Assembly (NCBI GenBank): GCA_040954595.2
Contig: CM082582.2
Location: forward strand, 13,242,327 to 13,306,326
DNA length: 64,000 nucleotides
Source: Balanoglossus misakiensis
Lineage: Eukaryota; Animalia; Hemichordata
Direction: 5' to 3'
This document shows positions 1-12,021 of this stretch, piece after piece; the first letter of the stretch is position 1, and every line of letters starts with the position of its first letter. The notes under the pieces were generated by a model. It worked only from the letters and a program-made list of their open reading frames with translations. It was not told the origin of the DNA and made no database searches. The translations under genes and the position numbers were made by a program.

Positions 1-91
1 TACTCAATTCAAAAACACAAACATTCTATGCCATTATGTTGCCAAGACCAAGGAGCTTAAATGAAGGATTTATACGGCATAAGATTCCCAC

Positions 92-3000
92 CTGACACAA
101 TGCTATGGTCAGATATGTGATGGATGCCACAGCAAATCTCAGAGTCTGGCTGTCCTCACCGCTGTAGTAATTGGCATTTGTATTGACATAGGCTCTGGGA
201 TTGCTGGCGGCTAGATCTTCAAATCCTATCACCTGTGAACAGATTATGATCATCAGATGGTACTTTCTTTAAAAGTTTAAAGGGGGTGGTTTTCAGGCAG
301 TCTCTCTGCTTATTACATTCCTTGTGATTTAGCTGTACAACAACAAGTAACATTTCTACTTACATTTAGGAAGAGAACAACCATGAAGAGCTGAAATATA
401 ATATTGATCCTTCGGGTTGTCTGTGAAATGAAAATAAAACTGAAAGTCAGTATATTTGTTTGTAATCTGAGGTCTACATTATTGAAAAAAGTGTTCAAAT
501 ATAACAAGAAACCATACTCTTAAAATGACATGGCAACTTAAGTCTTTTGAAAATGTTTGAACTGGCTAAGTTTCAGTGATCTTACCTGAATTTCATTCCA
601 TTCATTGGCTACAAAGAACATCCTCCAGGCGCTAACTGGTGCAACCTGACCTTTATTGTCTGTGCCGGGTTCGTTGGATTGAACGATTCGACCTTTGGGT
701 CTCTCCCAGTCGATGAAGAAAATATCAATCATACACTGGCACGCTATCACATGAATCAGATCAAAGAACTGAAAATGAAAGAGTAAAAAAAAGATTTATA
801 AACAGATTAAGTATGTGACAAGTATAATACATGTGCCTGTGTGTCCATGAGTGTGCATGGTTGAAGATTGCCATTTCTCAACACATTGTAAAACAGAACT
901 ATGTCTCACGAACTTGCACAGATATTTGATGTAGTTATTTTTCTTTTGATGTTGTTTCATTCTTACCTTCAAGACAAATGCCACTGACAGGTACACTATA
1001 AGACCAGTCTCGTTTTCTGTACCTGGTAATACCAAGTATACAGAACTTTGATTCTAGAGGAAAAATAAAAGACAGATGACATGATTACTTCAAGACATGT
1101 ATGTATGTATATTGAGATGTGATGTGTACATGTATCATAAATTATTGAATCGATAGTCTGTTCTACTTACCCTGAAGAAGATTAGCCAGTACATTCCGCA
1201 GCCAAAAGTTACAATGAAGAACACATCAGCAAGAACCCCGCAGAAGTAGAAGAAGAACTTGAACATACTCTGTGAAAATGTACAAAGGCAAGAGATCAGA
1301 ATCGGCCTGAAAGCAATTCATGAGTAATCAACAGAAACACTGACATTGTCTGACTTACAATGATATCAATTGTGATCATGCCTGATCTTCGTCGCCATCC
1401 ATTGGTCCTCGCGGCAGCCCAGATAACGGCAAGGGCGCTCATTGTTCCCATGGCGATGGAAACATCTTGGTTGTACTTGGCCATATCCATGGTGTAGTCA
1501 ACTTGAAATTGCACCTGTGTGTACAAACATGAGATACAAGTGAATTTACTTGTGTATGGCAGGGAAAGGTTGCTGATGTTCTCTTTGACACAGGCTCAAG
1601 CTAAACTGTTGTCATTAGTACTAACCGTTTGTGCTGTGTTGGTACCATAGTCCTGTTCGTAGTTGATTTCAGAGTAGCGAACTCTCATGAATGGAGTGTA
1701 GATTTTACCATTTGATCCTTGGATCTCTATCCTGTCAATGGAATGCAAAGAAACTCTAACATCCTTACCAACAGTAGCTTGTTTCAACCCATATTGTTTC
1801 TAATGGTGTGACCGGACCCAGGTGTGTGTGTGTGTGAGACAATCAAGTATTCAATCCAGTATCACTTACTCCAGTTTCAGAAGACTTGCATATCGAACCA
1901 CTTCAGCCAGACCAGTAGCACTGGATTTTCCACTCAAATTATCCACCATCAAAAATCTCCGATGAAGCAGCCAATTTGTTATATCAGTGTCTGAGAGGAA
2001 AACACAACACTGGCTAGTAAATACATTCATGTACATGTACAGACAAAGCAATCAGACCATGGATTAGTAGTAGCCTGATTGGGTTGAAACTGACACTAGT
2101 TTGGGTTTCTCACCTTTGTTTGGTTCTGAACTGCCTTCCTTGTAATTTTCCAGCAATATTGGTATCGCATACAAGTAGGTTGCACCTCCGTCAGTATATT
2201 CAAGATCTGTATTTCTCAGTTAAAGCTAAACATTTGGAGCAATGTTTTGCTGTCACTTTGTCCATGAAAGAACCTTATGTACATGTACACCTCATTGATT
2301 TAATTTATTTGGGTGTGGCGTTACCCGCTCAACAGTTGTTGTCACTGCACTTTCTGAATCCAAAGGATACACAAGTCATAAAAGACATTCTCAAAGGCGG
2401 GCATGTTCCAGAAATCTTGTGCTGGAATGGTACACTGTAACAAAACACATGTGTCATAAATCAACATATGCAGTTAGTCTCAGACAGAGACTTGTACACA
2501 AATGGTATATGCAGTGTTAAAACATGATGAGAACTTACACTTTGTGAATAAGTGGTCGCAAACAGATAAGCAGCATCTTGTTTCTGTTGAGTGTCAGGGC
2601 ACAGCTGTTGATAAGGGAGAAATAGAAAACTCATTACAATTACAGATGGCATGGTTGACTCAGAAATCAAATGACATACAGGGAACATTAGACGACTGTA
2701 CTAAAATTCTGAGGTCGATCAAACATCTCTCGTTTATGTTGACTGTGAGTAAAGATGTCTTTGATTGCTTACCTGAAGGGAGCCTCCTGTGATGTCTTCA
2801 TATCCCAGGAATTCTCCAGATGCATTGTACTTGGCAGCAACAAGTTTTATATAAGAAGTCTACAAAAGCAAAAAGGGGAAAATATTACCAAAATAATAGT
2901 CACAAGATATACCATTTGTAATATCAGCATAAAATCATTTTCTTAGCATATAACTTAAGAAACAATGTACACAGACACCATGTAAATCAGTCCTGTCACA

Positions 3001-5816
3001 TGATTGACCATACCGGTATACAGCAGCCCTGGCTGGTACATGTATACAGGTACATTTGGCCTAGGACAGCAGCAGTCCCATTGAAAGCTAATATCAAACC
3101 CTGGTATAGCTGTCTTTCCTTAGAACACAATGAGCTGTTAATGATGGAACAAGAAAATTTACCTCAGAGCCTGTTGAATTGGAATTGTCTGAGTCTTGCT
3201 AAAGCACAGGAAAAATAACACATTAAAGTGATCAGATTTGTTCTTGCTACCTCACCCAAACAAAAACCATTTCTCCAGCTACATCACCTTTTTGTATCTG
3301 ACACTACATCATCCATGTTACCTACCACTGCAGGCAAAACCACTGAAGACTTTCCACATCACCAGGTTATATAAAATGAAACTTGCCATACAAAGTGATG
3401 ATGGCTCACAGAGATGAGCTCTTCTCATCAACTTATGCTATCACTATCACCCTGGCAACTACCAGTATTATGTAGTATTTCCAAACCAAATCACTAGCAT
3501 ACTACAATCTACAAAGACCAGTCGCCCTACATCTGCACTTATTTTCTGTTCTACAACAGTGAGTACATGTATAGATAATATACCTTTGCCTTGAAAGTCA
3601 TGCACAATTGACACCCATACAGGCACAATCCAACTTCATGGAATTCATGAACCATTAATACTACCCCTATGATGTCTAAGAGTGCACCCTCTTTTATCAG
3701 AATGGAATGCCTTTGACCCTTTCACCCCATTTCCCTTTATACTGGTCCAACCTCACCATAGATGTATTTGGACCAAACCAAGTTGGTGAAAGGGGTAAAC
3801 CAACAGTCCAATTGACCTCATTTACAGCCCCCTCAGGGAAACAGGTGTATGCTGTTGCCCCCACCATTAGCCAGTACATGCTGTGTCTCAAGTGTTGGTA
3901 CTTACATCCTTGCTTGGTGAGAGAGTAAATACAGTTGGTATTCCGGTGTCACTGAGAACATCCACTGCACTTTCTGCGTAATAAAGCCATGGCATAGACT
4001 CAGTCCTGCAAGATGAAAACCATTGGTGGTGAAAGGGTTAAGGACTGCTTGTTGATGAACCACATATCTGGAGAACAAAACCATGCTTTGATACGAAGAG
4101 GGGTTTATCAACAAGAAATTCCAAATCTAAGAAATCTCTGTCTATCTGTCTCTTGATCTCTGAGAGTAATAAAACATGTATCTCACCATCCATCAATGTT
4201 GTGGGCAGATCTTGACAGTGGATCAGTAGAAATTTCTTGAAAGGCTGTACAGGCATCTGTGACTGATCCCTCTACATTGTAATCCAGGTACACACACAGA
4301 TTACCAAGCAGTTGACATGACGTCAAGTTCTTGTAATCCTAAAAGTGTAAAACACAAAAAATAACAACATATACCAGTAAATTCAAATCATGGAATTTAT
4401 ACATGTACTGGCATATGTGTACTTTCATTTGCAGTGGATCCTCACTGAACTTTTTGGCTAAAGGGTCATGTACTAATTCAGCCTATTACCGGTAACCCCT
4501 ACTTAGATGTGTTACAGTCCAACTTTATCACAAATGAATACAATAGAACTGGACCAATCTATATTGATGAAAGGTTTAACACACAGTACTTACAGCACAG
4601 ACTGATTCGGTTGCGAGATAATTTTCCTCAAAAAACCAAGATGTAAAGGTACCATCAATAGTCTGTCAAAAAACATATTCATGATAGTATTAGTATTTTC
4701 ACATCAATGTTGGCTTATTTCTCAAGATCTGGAACTGTGGTGACAGAGAGCTGGAAATAAGAACATAATTGAAAGATGGGAATAGGCCATGGTCTCACCT
4801 CAAATGGGATAGTGTACATTCCTTCTTGGTATGTCAACAGATCATCCTGAGTTTGGAAGCAAAGTCCACCACTCTGTTGAAGGAAAAAATACCAAAGGTC
4901 ATAGGCAATGGTTTCCAACATGAAAAATACATTATGTGAAAAAGACAAATTTCTTAAAACTTGAACAAAAATTGTTTCAAGATCCTAGGAAAGCTCTTAC
5001 ATGTACTCGTGCAACTACATGTATATCCCTATCATTTAATGAAATTCTAATAATGATGATTCAGTAAAACTATATTTAGAGAAAAACTAATAAAATAAAG
5101 AATCAAAGTATAACCAGATGTTAGTTATAAATTTTCATTTCATATTGATGATTTGTGTGCCTTTTCGGCCCCATTTTGCTTTTAATACAAATGAATCAAA
5201 TCATATCACTAACTTATAACAATGCCATATGATTTAAATCATATTATCTAACAACAATTGTAACATGATTAAAAATATGACAAAAATGCCATGTGATCAT
5301 ATATATAACTTGTCAATGCTTCAGTGTTTTTGGCTGAAGAGGCTACAAGTCTGTGATAAAAAAACTTGCACATGCATGATTCGTGGATAAATTATAACTC
5401 TAACTTAGAAACAATCTTATTTTCAATGTCCTATTTGCATACTCAATATTACCTGTCGGACACCCTGCAGAGGAAATAATTTGATAAACAGGGAAAAAGA
5501 GTCAAAATAGGGAAAAGAATGCCACAATTAAAAGCTTCCATGTGATACATTGTTGTCAAATACAATGTGGTGTGTTATCCTTCTGTATGTAGCAGGTGAC
5601 TGCAAAACACTGCAATAGTCATTTAACCGACAACATTTTGAATGAAGTCTTATTTGGTATACTCACCCCGAGTAAGTCTGGACATGTGCATTCACCAGTT
5701 ACACCTATGACACTTTGATGGCATCTTTCACATCTGTAATACAATCAGATTCTTTACTTGGTCAGGCTGATTTTTAATCCTTGATTTAAATGACAATAAT
5801 TTCAAATTTCAAATTT

Positions 5817-5900
<84 letters not shown>

Positions 5901-6850
5901 GTCATCATCAACACCATCATCATCATCATCATCATCATCACCACCAACTTACGTTTCACACACGTCATCTGGTTGTGTTTTATCTTCACATGTAGCACAG
6001 TTGTATTCAGTCTGTAATTCTCCAATCAAACTGTATTCAACTAGAAGTGGAGCACATGGAGAATGAATCAATGTGATGTACTATACATGCTACTGTAGCA
6101 GTGATCGGATGCCTGACAACTCAGCATGAATAACACCCCTTGAAAATCCAAAACCACACAACAATGTCAGGATATTGTAATTATTTTGCATTGTGTACAA
6201 ACCTGGAACATTTCCAGCAGGACATGTTGCACAGTGACCATCAGGTTGTAATGGATAAGCAGGCGGACAGGCAATGCATTCCCATCCATTGGACGTTACC
6301 ATTGAATCGGCTGGGCACGGATTACATACTTTGCCAGCAGGTCCTCCTCTGTCACTCTGTATCCTATAGCCGGGTTCACACTCACAATCGGTGCCTGTAA
6401 TCGTAGGTTATTTACAAGAAGAACGAGAAGTGTGTGTATTTCATTTGGATGATCGATTTCCATGATGTTAATGTCGTGATCATGACCCACCGACTGATCA
6501 GATCTATACACATTTGGAGAATGCCAGTGCTGAAAATGCTAACACTTGATGTAAATCCACAGACCCTTTCGATCGTGGGTCTATGGCAAAACGAACTTGC
6601 CACATCAGTCAATATTCAATAACATAAACATTAGATTGATGATCGGCTTACCATCGGCACTTGTCTGTTGGAAATCGCCACAAGGTTTGCACTGAAGTTC
6701 TGACAGATCAAAATACTGGTTCTGTTCGCATGACACAACTTGAGTGTAACTTAAAGAGTAGCCAGCGCCTAAACCACCCGAGATCTGCACGGCTAATAAA
6801 ATGCACACGTAAACTACACTACGACGCCGTTGCTTAGTGTTGACCGCCAT
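92..6850 (-). CDS. TMEM67: Meckelin (MKS3), ciliary transition-zone membrane protein; 5' part only, gene continues beyond position 1
   Basis: Exons splice in frame: 6652-6850, 6203-6394, 5953-6040, 5667-5733, (5453-5464 microexon), 4799-4873, 4594-4662, 4187-4338, 3906-4005, 2773-2859, 2539-2604, 2371-2434, 2114-2206, 1870-1990, 1626-1731, 1359-1514, 1171-1269, 967-1053, 586-768, 364-420, 92-232. Signal peptide and Cys-rich domain (QYFDLSELQCKPC, NLTSCQLLGNLCV) plus meckelin hallmarks LQLCPDT, IDIFFIDWERPKG and PVSAWRMFFVANEWNEIQ. Confidence 0.97.
2207..2370 (-). other. U12-type (minor spliceosome) GT-AG intron in TMEM67
   Basis: 5'ss GTATCCTTT (2370-2362). Branch-like GCTTTAAC (2226-2219) about 12 nt before CAG, with no polypyrimidine tract. 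Splicing restores FYDL-Y-LEYTD, matching meckelin. Confidence 0.88.
3713..3798. mobile_element. Short MITE-like inverted-repeat element (TTAA-CCCT-like ends)
   Basis: ttgaccctttcacc...ggtgaaaggggtaa terminal inverted repeat, plus inner tggtccaa/ttggacca. A related end, ggtgaaagggttaa, is at 4028-4041. Confidence 0.55.
5453..5464 (-). other. Candidate 12-nt in-frame microexon (GVRQ) in TMEM67
   Basis: Minus strand reads tctttttccctgtttatcaaattatttcctctgcag|GGTGTCCGACAG|gtaata. It lies in a phase-0 intron between CPDLLG and SGGLCF. Confidence 0.6.
5818..5946. repeat. (ATC)n trinucleotide microsatellite, about 42 units, in TMEM67 intron 3
   Basis: Directly visible. It produces the spurious poly-M and poly-I ORFs at 5786-6025 and 5790-6017. 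Confidence 0.97.
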
Positions 6851-7196
6851 TTTTGTTTTTCTCGCCAGCAAAAAATGTTTCGTTTGTTTGGTACTTATGA
6901 ACTCCACTGCAAAAGGGCAACCTGAATCTGAGTCATGTGACTAACACAGTTAATAAACTATTTCATATTGTTTTTTATTTTTGTTGGATGAAACGTGTTA
7001 AAGACATCTTAAATTTTCTTTTTAAATATGGCCGTTGCTCATAGGAGTAGATTTATCAATTTTACGGCGAGACTATGACTGCAGTTGTGTTCTACCATTC
7101 AAGTAGTAATTTATTAACTTTTATAAATACCATGTGACTGTTTTCATAATTGGCGCCATATTGAATCGGTTGGAGGTTTGGTGGTAGGTATACCAG
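6851..7196. promoter_or_regulatory. Probable bidirectional promoter TMEM67/RBM12, including a candidate non-coding first exon of RBM12
   Basis: Locally CpG-rich between divergent genes. YY1-like motifs CCGCCATTTT (6844-6853) and CGCCATATTG (7154-7163), a GTCATGTGAC E-box near 6932, and a plus-strand donor CAG|GTGAG at 7197. Confidence 0.6.
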
Positions 7197-8620
7197 GTGA
7201 GAAAATTAAAAAAAAGACACCAAAAAATATCGATTCGGCAACATTTCTTGGTTAGCAAAATTCTTTGATATCTATGGCACCTCTTTATGTGAATTTAAGT
7301 TGTAAATTCACCATCGTGACGGGATAATTTAAAACTGGAAACTGCACGCTAGAACCTGGGATTTTATCGTCGACTGAATCATCGGGAACTCGCTTTGATT
7401 TGCCAAGCTTGCAAGATCTAGGCAACATATACGGGCCTGACGGTATGACAGTGTCCTAGTTCAGAAGATTGAAAGGAGTATAACAATCGTGAGTTTTGAT
7501 GGATTCGACTTTAGGGTAGATTCTGGGGGTATTACGTACACAATGTGCTGCACTGTACATGATGTATGTTCAACATAATGTGTTGGGTAGTGATGCCTCA
7601 TTTACATACGCCTGGCGGAAGAGTGAAATATTTTATGCATCATTGCATGTGAGATGGCGCGCTCTCTGTCGAGTTATTGGGGACTGAATCTTATTACATG
7701 CTACAATCATATGGAAATGGGGCCACATGCAATAAATGAAAGGTTTGGGTATCAGATGGAAATGGCGACATACTGTACTTCATTCACTATAAACATTTTA
7801 TGTTTTATGGTTGGATTCTATGGAATGCACTGTTGATTTGAACTACTGGCTATCGAAAGTTACACAGCATAAACATGCAAAACACGGTGCTATGCAAATG
7901 AGAAACATGTTACACTCCCCCAGTCTGATGCTGTGTATATTTCTGCTCATGGAAGGCAGTTCAAATATTTGGTATTGTTGCAGTAAATTTTGTTATGGGT
8001 TTTCTTATTCGTAAAACAACGACAAACAAACTTCCAACGAGTGTCCCATGATACCCATTACTGCTGAAAAGTGAAGTGTACATATATTTTATCATGCTTT
8101 TATTATACATGTCTTACTACATGGATCTTTTGCTGAAAATGGGGGTATTTGTGTTCATAACGTACAAATGAGTGTAAAAGAAAATGGTTCTGAAGAGAAA
8201 AGCTGAAAACTGGCGAAGGTGGAATGAAGGCAACGACTGCAAGTTTCAGAAAAGAAAAAAAAAAGAGTTTGGGAGAGAGAGACTTGCATGGCAGACAAGT
8301 CATGTTGTTGACTGGTACATAAAACCATAATGAGTATCTTAATATGTTTGCAAAACCAAGTGAACTGATGTGTGGTACAGTGTACTGAAACTTGGAAAGA
8401 AGATGGCTTTTTTACTAGATACAAACTCTCAAAAACAAGACAACTGCTCTAGAGTGATGCGCGGAAAATCTGTAAACAAGTGTGGTTTCTGTCAACTTAC
8501 TCTGTGCAATTGAATAAAGAATCATATGGAAGATAAATTTCAAGCAGGATACATTCTGATAAAACAAAAATCATATTCACTGGATTGAAGATTACACGGC
8601 AACCTGATAAAACCCAGCTT

Positions 8621-8633
8621 GTTGCTGGGTAAC
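8621..8633. promoter_or_regulatory. RFX X-box-like motif about 1.8 kb upstream of TMEM67
   Basis: GTTGCTGGGTAAC fits GTNRCN(0-3)RGYAAC. A half-site, ACGGCAAC, lies about 20 nt upstream. Confidence 0.35.
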
Positions 8634-11600
8634 CAATGTTCTTGTGACAAAATGCGATTCATGTGGACTTGGTACACATGTTTCTTGTAACACTTGGCGC
8701 GTGCGTACTCATGGTGCTGTGAACTGGATGTGAACTCCCAAGGGGTACAGTGAATGAACAGTTTTTGACAATCAAGGATAAATGTTGTAATTAAATGAAA
8801 AAATAAATCATGGCTTGGTTAAAAACTGAAACTGCTGTTGGTTTGCTGGGTATAGTCTGGTGTAGGAGTTTATCCAGATCAGGTTTTGTTGCTACTGGCA
8901 TTCTTCTGCTGAGACTATTTTTTTAGCATCATCATAAACCACTACCTCTTTATGGCAACAGTCTCTGTGTTGCCAGAAGAGAGTGGAGCGGAGGTAGACT
9001 GGTTCGCGAGAATGACTTTTAGTGGACTGGTACAATACAAAAATGGATGAAGATGGCAATATTCATTCACATGTTGTTAGGCCAGTGGCTGAGAAGATGA
9101 TACATGTACACACGCAAACTTTTCTGGTTTCTCCGGTTCTGCATTAGGCTGTCTAGTTTTTAACTACCTCTGCCTTCTGACATGAATCACAAATGCAACA
9201 TCAAGTGATCAACAACAGCTCATTTTGTTGCTTTTTCTGCCTTTCTGATGCATGTCCGAGCAGCAAGTTTCAATTTGGCAAATACGGCACATCTCAACAT
9301 TTTGTGTCAGCTACCGGTACATGCATTTTTAGTGCTATGAAGCATGAACAAGGCGATGACTATCCCAACAGAGATTTTTCACCTGGACAAAGCCTGCCTC
9401 TACATGAAGAGCTCTAAAATGTCTATATGTACCTTGCTGAATACCGCCATGTACTAAAACTAAGTTGGTAAAAGAAATTGTTCTTGCTAAGCGTTATTTG
9501 TGCGCGTGTACCATACCACCGTCTTACACTTGGCTCTACAGTGAAATGTTTTGCACAACGGTATTTGGATCATATTTCTCAGTTATTAGATTTCTATAAG
9601 CTTAAGTTCAGACCAGTGCTGCGAAACTGATCTTTCCATCAATACTTACACATAATAGGACGACACTCTTGACAATGTGCCCTGTCGAAAGGAGGGTGTC
9701 ACCCAGACCATCCTGCAGCTAAGCCAGGGCCAGGCAATTGCTGTATTCAAAAGTACACACCCGCTTAAAGACTTAGAACACCAACAAGCATTGCATTATT
9801 AGTTTTACACTATGATGTTCATACAAACAGAAACACAAGAACCCAGAACATTTCATCAGAACGTACACAAATCTTAAGAACACATACCTGACAGAAACTC
9901 TATTTCATACACATACATTTGTAGTTGAACTAAGCATTTCATTGGAACATGGCAGTCAATATGTTTCAATGTGAAATGGTCCACATATATCATTCACCAC
10001 AACATGGCTGGACATTTGCCAAGTTTACATAGGCAATACGGCTACATTGGCAAATGTGTGGTGTACATCATCATGACATGCACATACACAAAATTCACAC
10101 AAACAATCCCAGTGCATTTCACATGGAAAACCTTGATACACATGACAGACATAAACATCCCATGTAGAATAATTGCCAGTGCACTTTGAACATGGCAGTG
10201 AGTTCATTACATATGTCACCTACATAGCTCTTACAAAAACACCAAGTCATTTCTACTCTTCCCAGTCACCACCTGTAACCTATGATCTGTCGTATATCTT
10301 TTATGTGCTTTGTAAACAACACAAATAACTGCCTTATGTTGAACCCTGGATAGTGATAATTTTCGTAACAATTCCAACATGATTGTTACGTTAGTGGAAT
10401 TCTAATGTTTTCTCAAAAATGCCACTCCTGATTTGTAAAGAATCATGGCACAACTTACTATTGTCAGCATTTGGCATTACAAATATGTGCGTATTGTGCG
10501 AAATAATGGTTGTTTTAGTAGTTTGAATTCTCTTTCTTTCTTTCTGAAGTTTTAATGCTTGGCGCTGGCATTGTTATAGAGTTGGGGGAGTACAGGGTGT
10601 GTTTGAATATCTTGTGCGGCAGTGGAGAATGGCAGAGGTGTGGCACTGGTTTGACTTCATGTGTGGGCTATTTGGGATACTTAAGAATAGTCTTTGTCAA
10701 TTTTACACACTGCATTGCACCATAATATCAGTTTTAAAGTTCCCTGAGACAGTGGTCAACATTCTTAGAGAGACTTGGAATGTCTTGACTCTTGCCAGTG
10801 GGATACATTAAGGAGAAATGTGGAATTGAAAATAAGGCAATGGAACGATACATCTGTGGGCCTTTATTTGCGAGAAGGTCAACACACAAACATTCCTGTA
10901 TAACACTATTACCAGTACTAGTAATCCCAGAGGCCAATTTACATGACAGAAGATGTTTTGTTTATCAGTTTCTATTTTAAAACAATCTAAGTTCTCTTTG
11001 CGTTGCAAGGACATTGCTCTGATACTCATACAGTATACATATCACATGATGTGTGTTAATGAATGTTGCCAACCTCTAAAACTACGTGAAACCAAATATA
11101 ATGTCACTGATGAAATGAGGGGAAAAAACAGAATATTGACAATTTGCGTTGTCAAGGTTGCGTTGGAATGCTGTGTATACATGTATTTGCTTGAAGTGGA
11201 TGTATAACTTGCCCGGTCAGTCCCACTGAGAACCATATCTGTACAACAATGCGTGACATCAATTATCTCAGTGTCAAGGTCACTGAAGAGTCTTGCTGCT
11301 GTATTATGAGGCTGAGTGACCTCCACCAATTATTTGACCATCCTGCAAAACAAAACTGACAATCTATAATTGTCTTAACTGTCTGAAACCATAAGAAATC
11401 TGTTTTGACCTTAACTTCAAGGCCGAATGGCTATTTGAAGGCAGTGCATGTACATAGATCTGCCCACACACACAATATAAATTCACAACATGTAATTCTT
11501 GATTCAAGCTGGTTGATCAGACCCATACTGAGAGACCTGGGAGAGATAAACTCTACTAAGATATTACCAGTATGTAAATAAAATAAAAAATTCTCCACCA

Positions 11601-12021
11601 AAACCACAATATTTTGTTTGTTGAATTGTAGTTTGCTTATCACCAAAGAAACCTCCTGTATCAAAGTGCTGGGTTTTCATTTGATACAGTTAAAAACACT
11701 GCACATAAAAATTAGTTGAATAGGACCCTGAAATGTAGTAAGATTCCATCAGACAAAAACAATGAAACACTGATATTGTCTCACCTATCAAACAGGAGAA
11801 GTAAATTGTTCAGGTGTGTTATTAGTCAAGCAATAAATTGTGCTAATTATCTTGTGAATGGTGAGGATCTCTAGGAATTTTGGTCATGAAAAGTGAGCTG
11901 GTAATTGAAATTCTCAGAAGGAAAAAACGCGCATCTAAAATGGCTTGGATAGTCTGTGATGTGTCTATTTAATTGTTGTTCATTTCAGATCTTTTGAAAT
12001 TGTGTCCATCAAGACGTGAGG

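Noticed and set aside
4006-4186. TCCTTAAC on the minus strand suggesting another TMEM67 U12 intron
   Set aside because: The donor is GTGAGA (U2 type). The motif is about 30 nt from the AG and overlaps a TTAACCCTTTCACC repeat end.
5786-6025. Poly-Met and poly-Ile ORFs
   Set aside because: They are translations of an intronic (ATC)n microsatellite.
12016-12021. GTG start for RBM12
   Set aside because: An in-frame ATG at 12022 matches the conserved RBM12 N-terminus.
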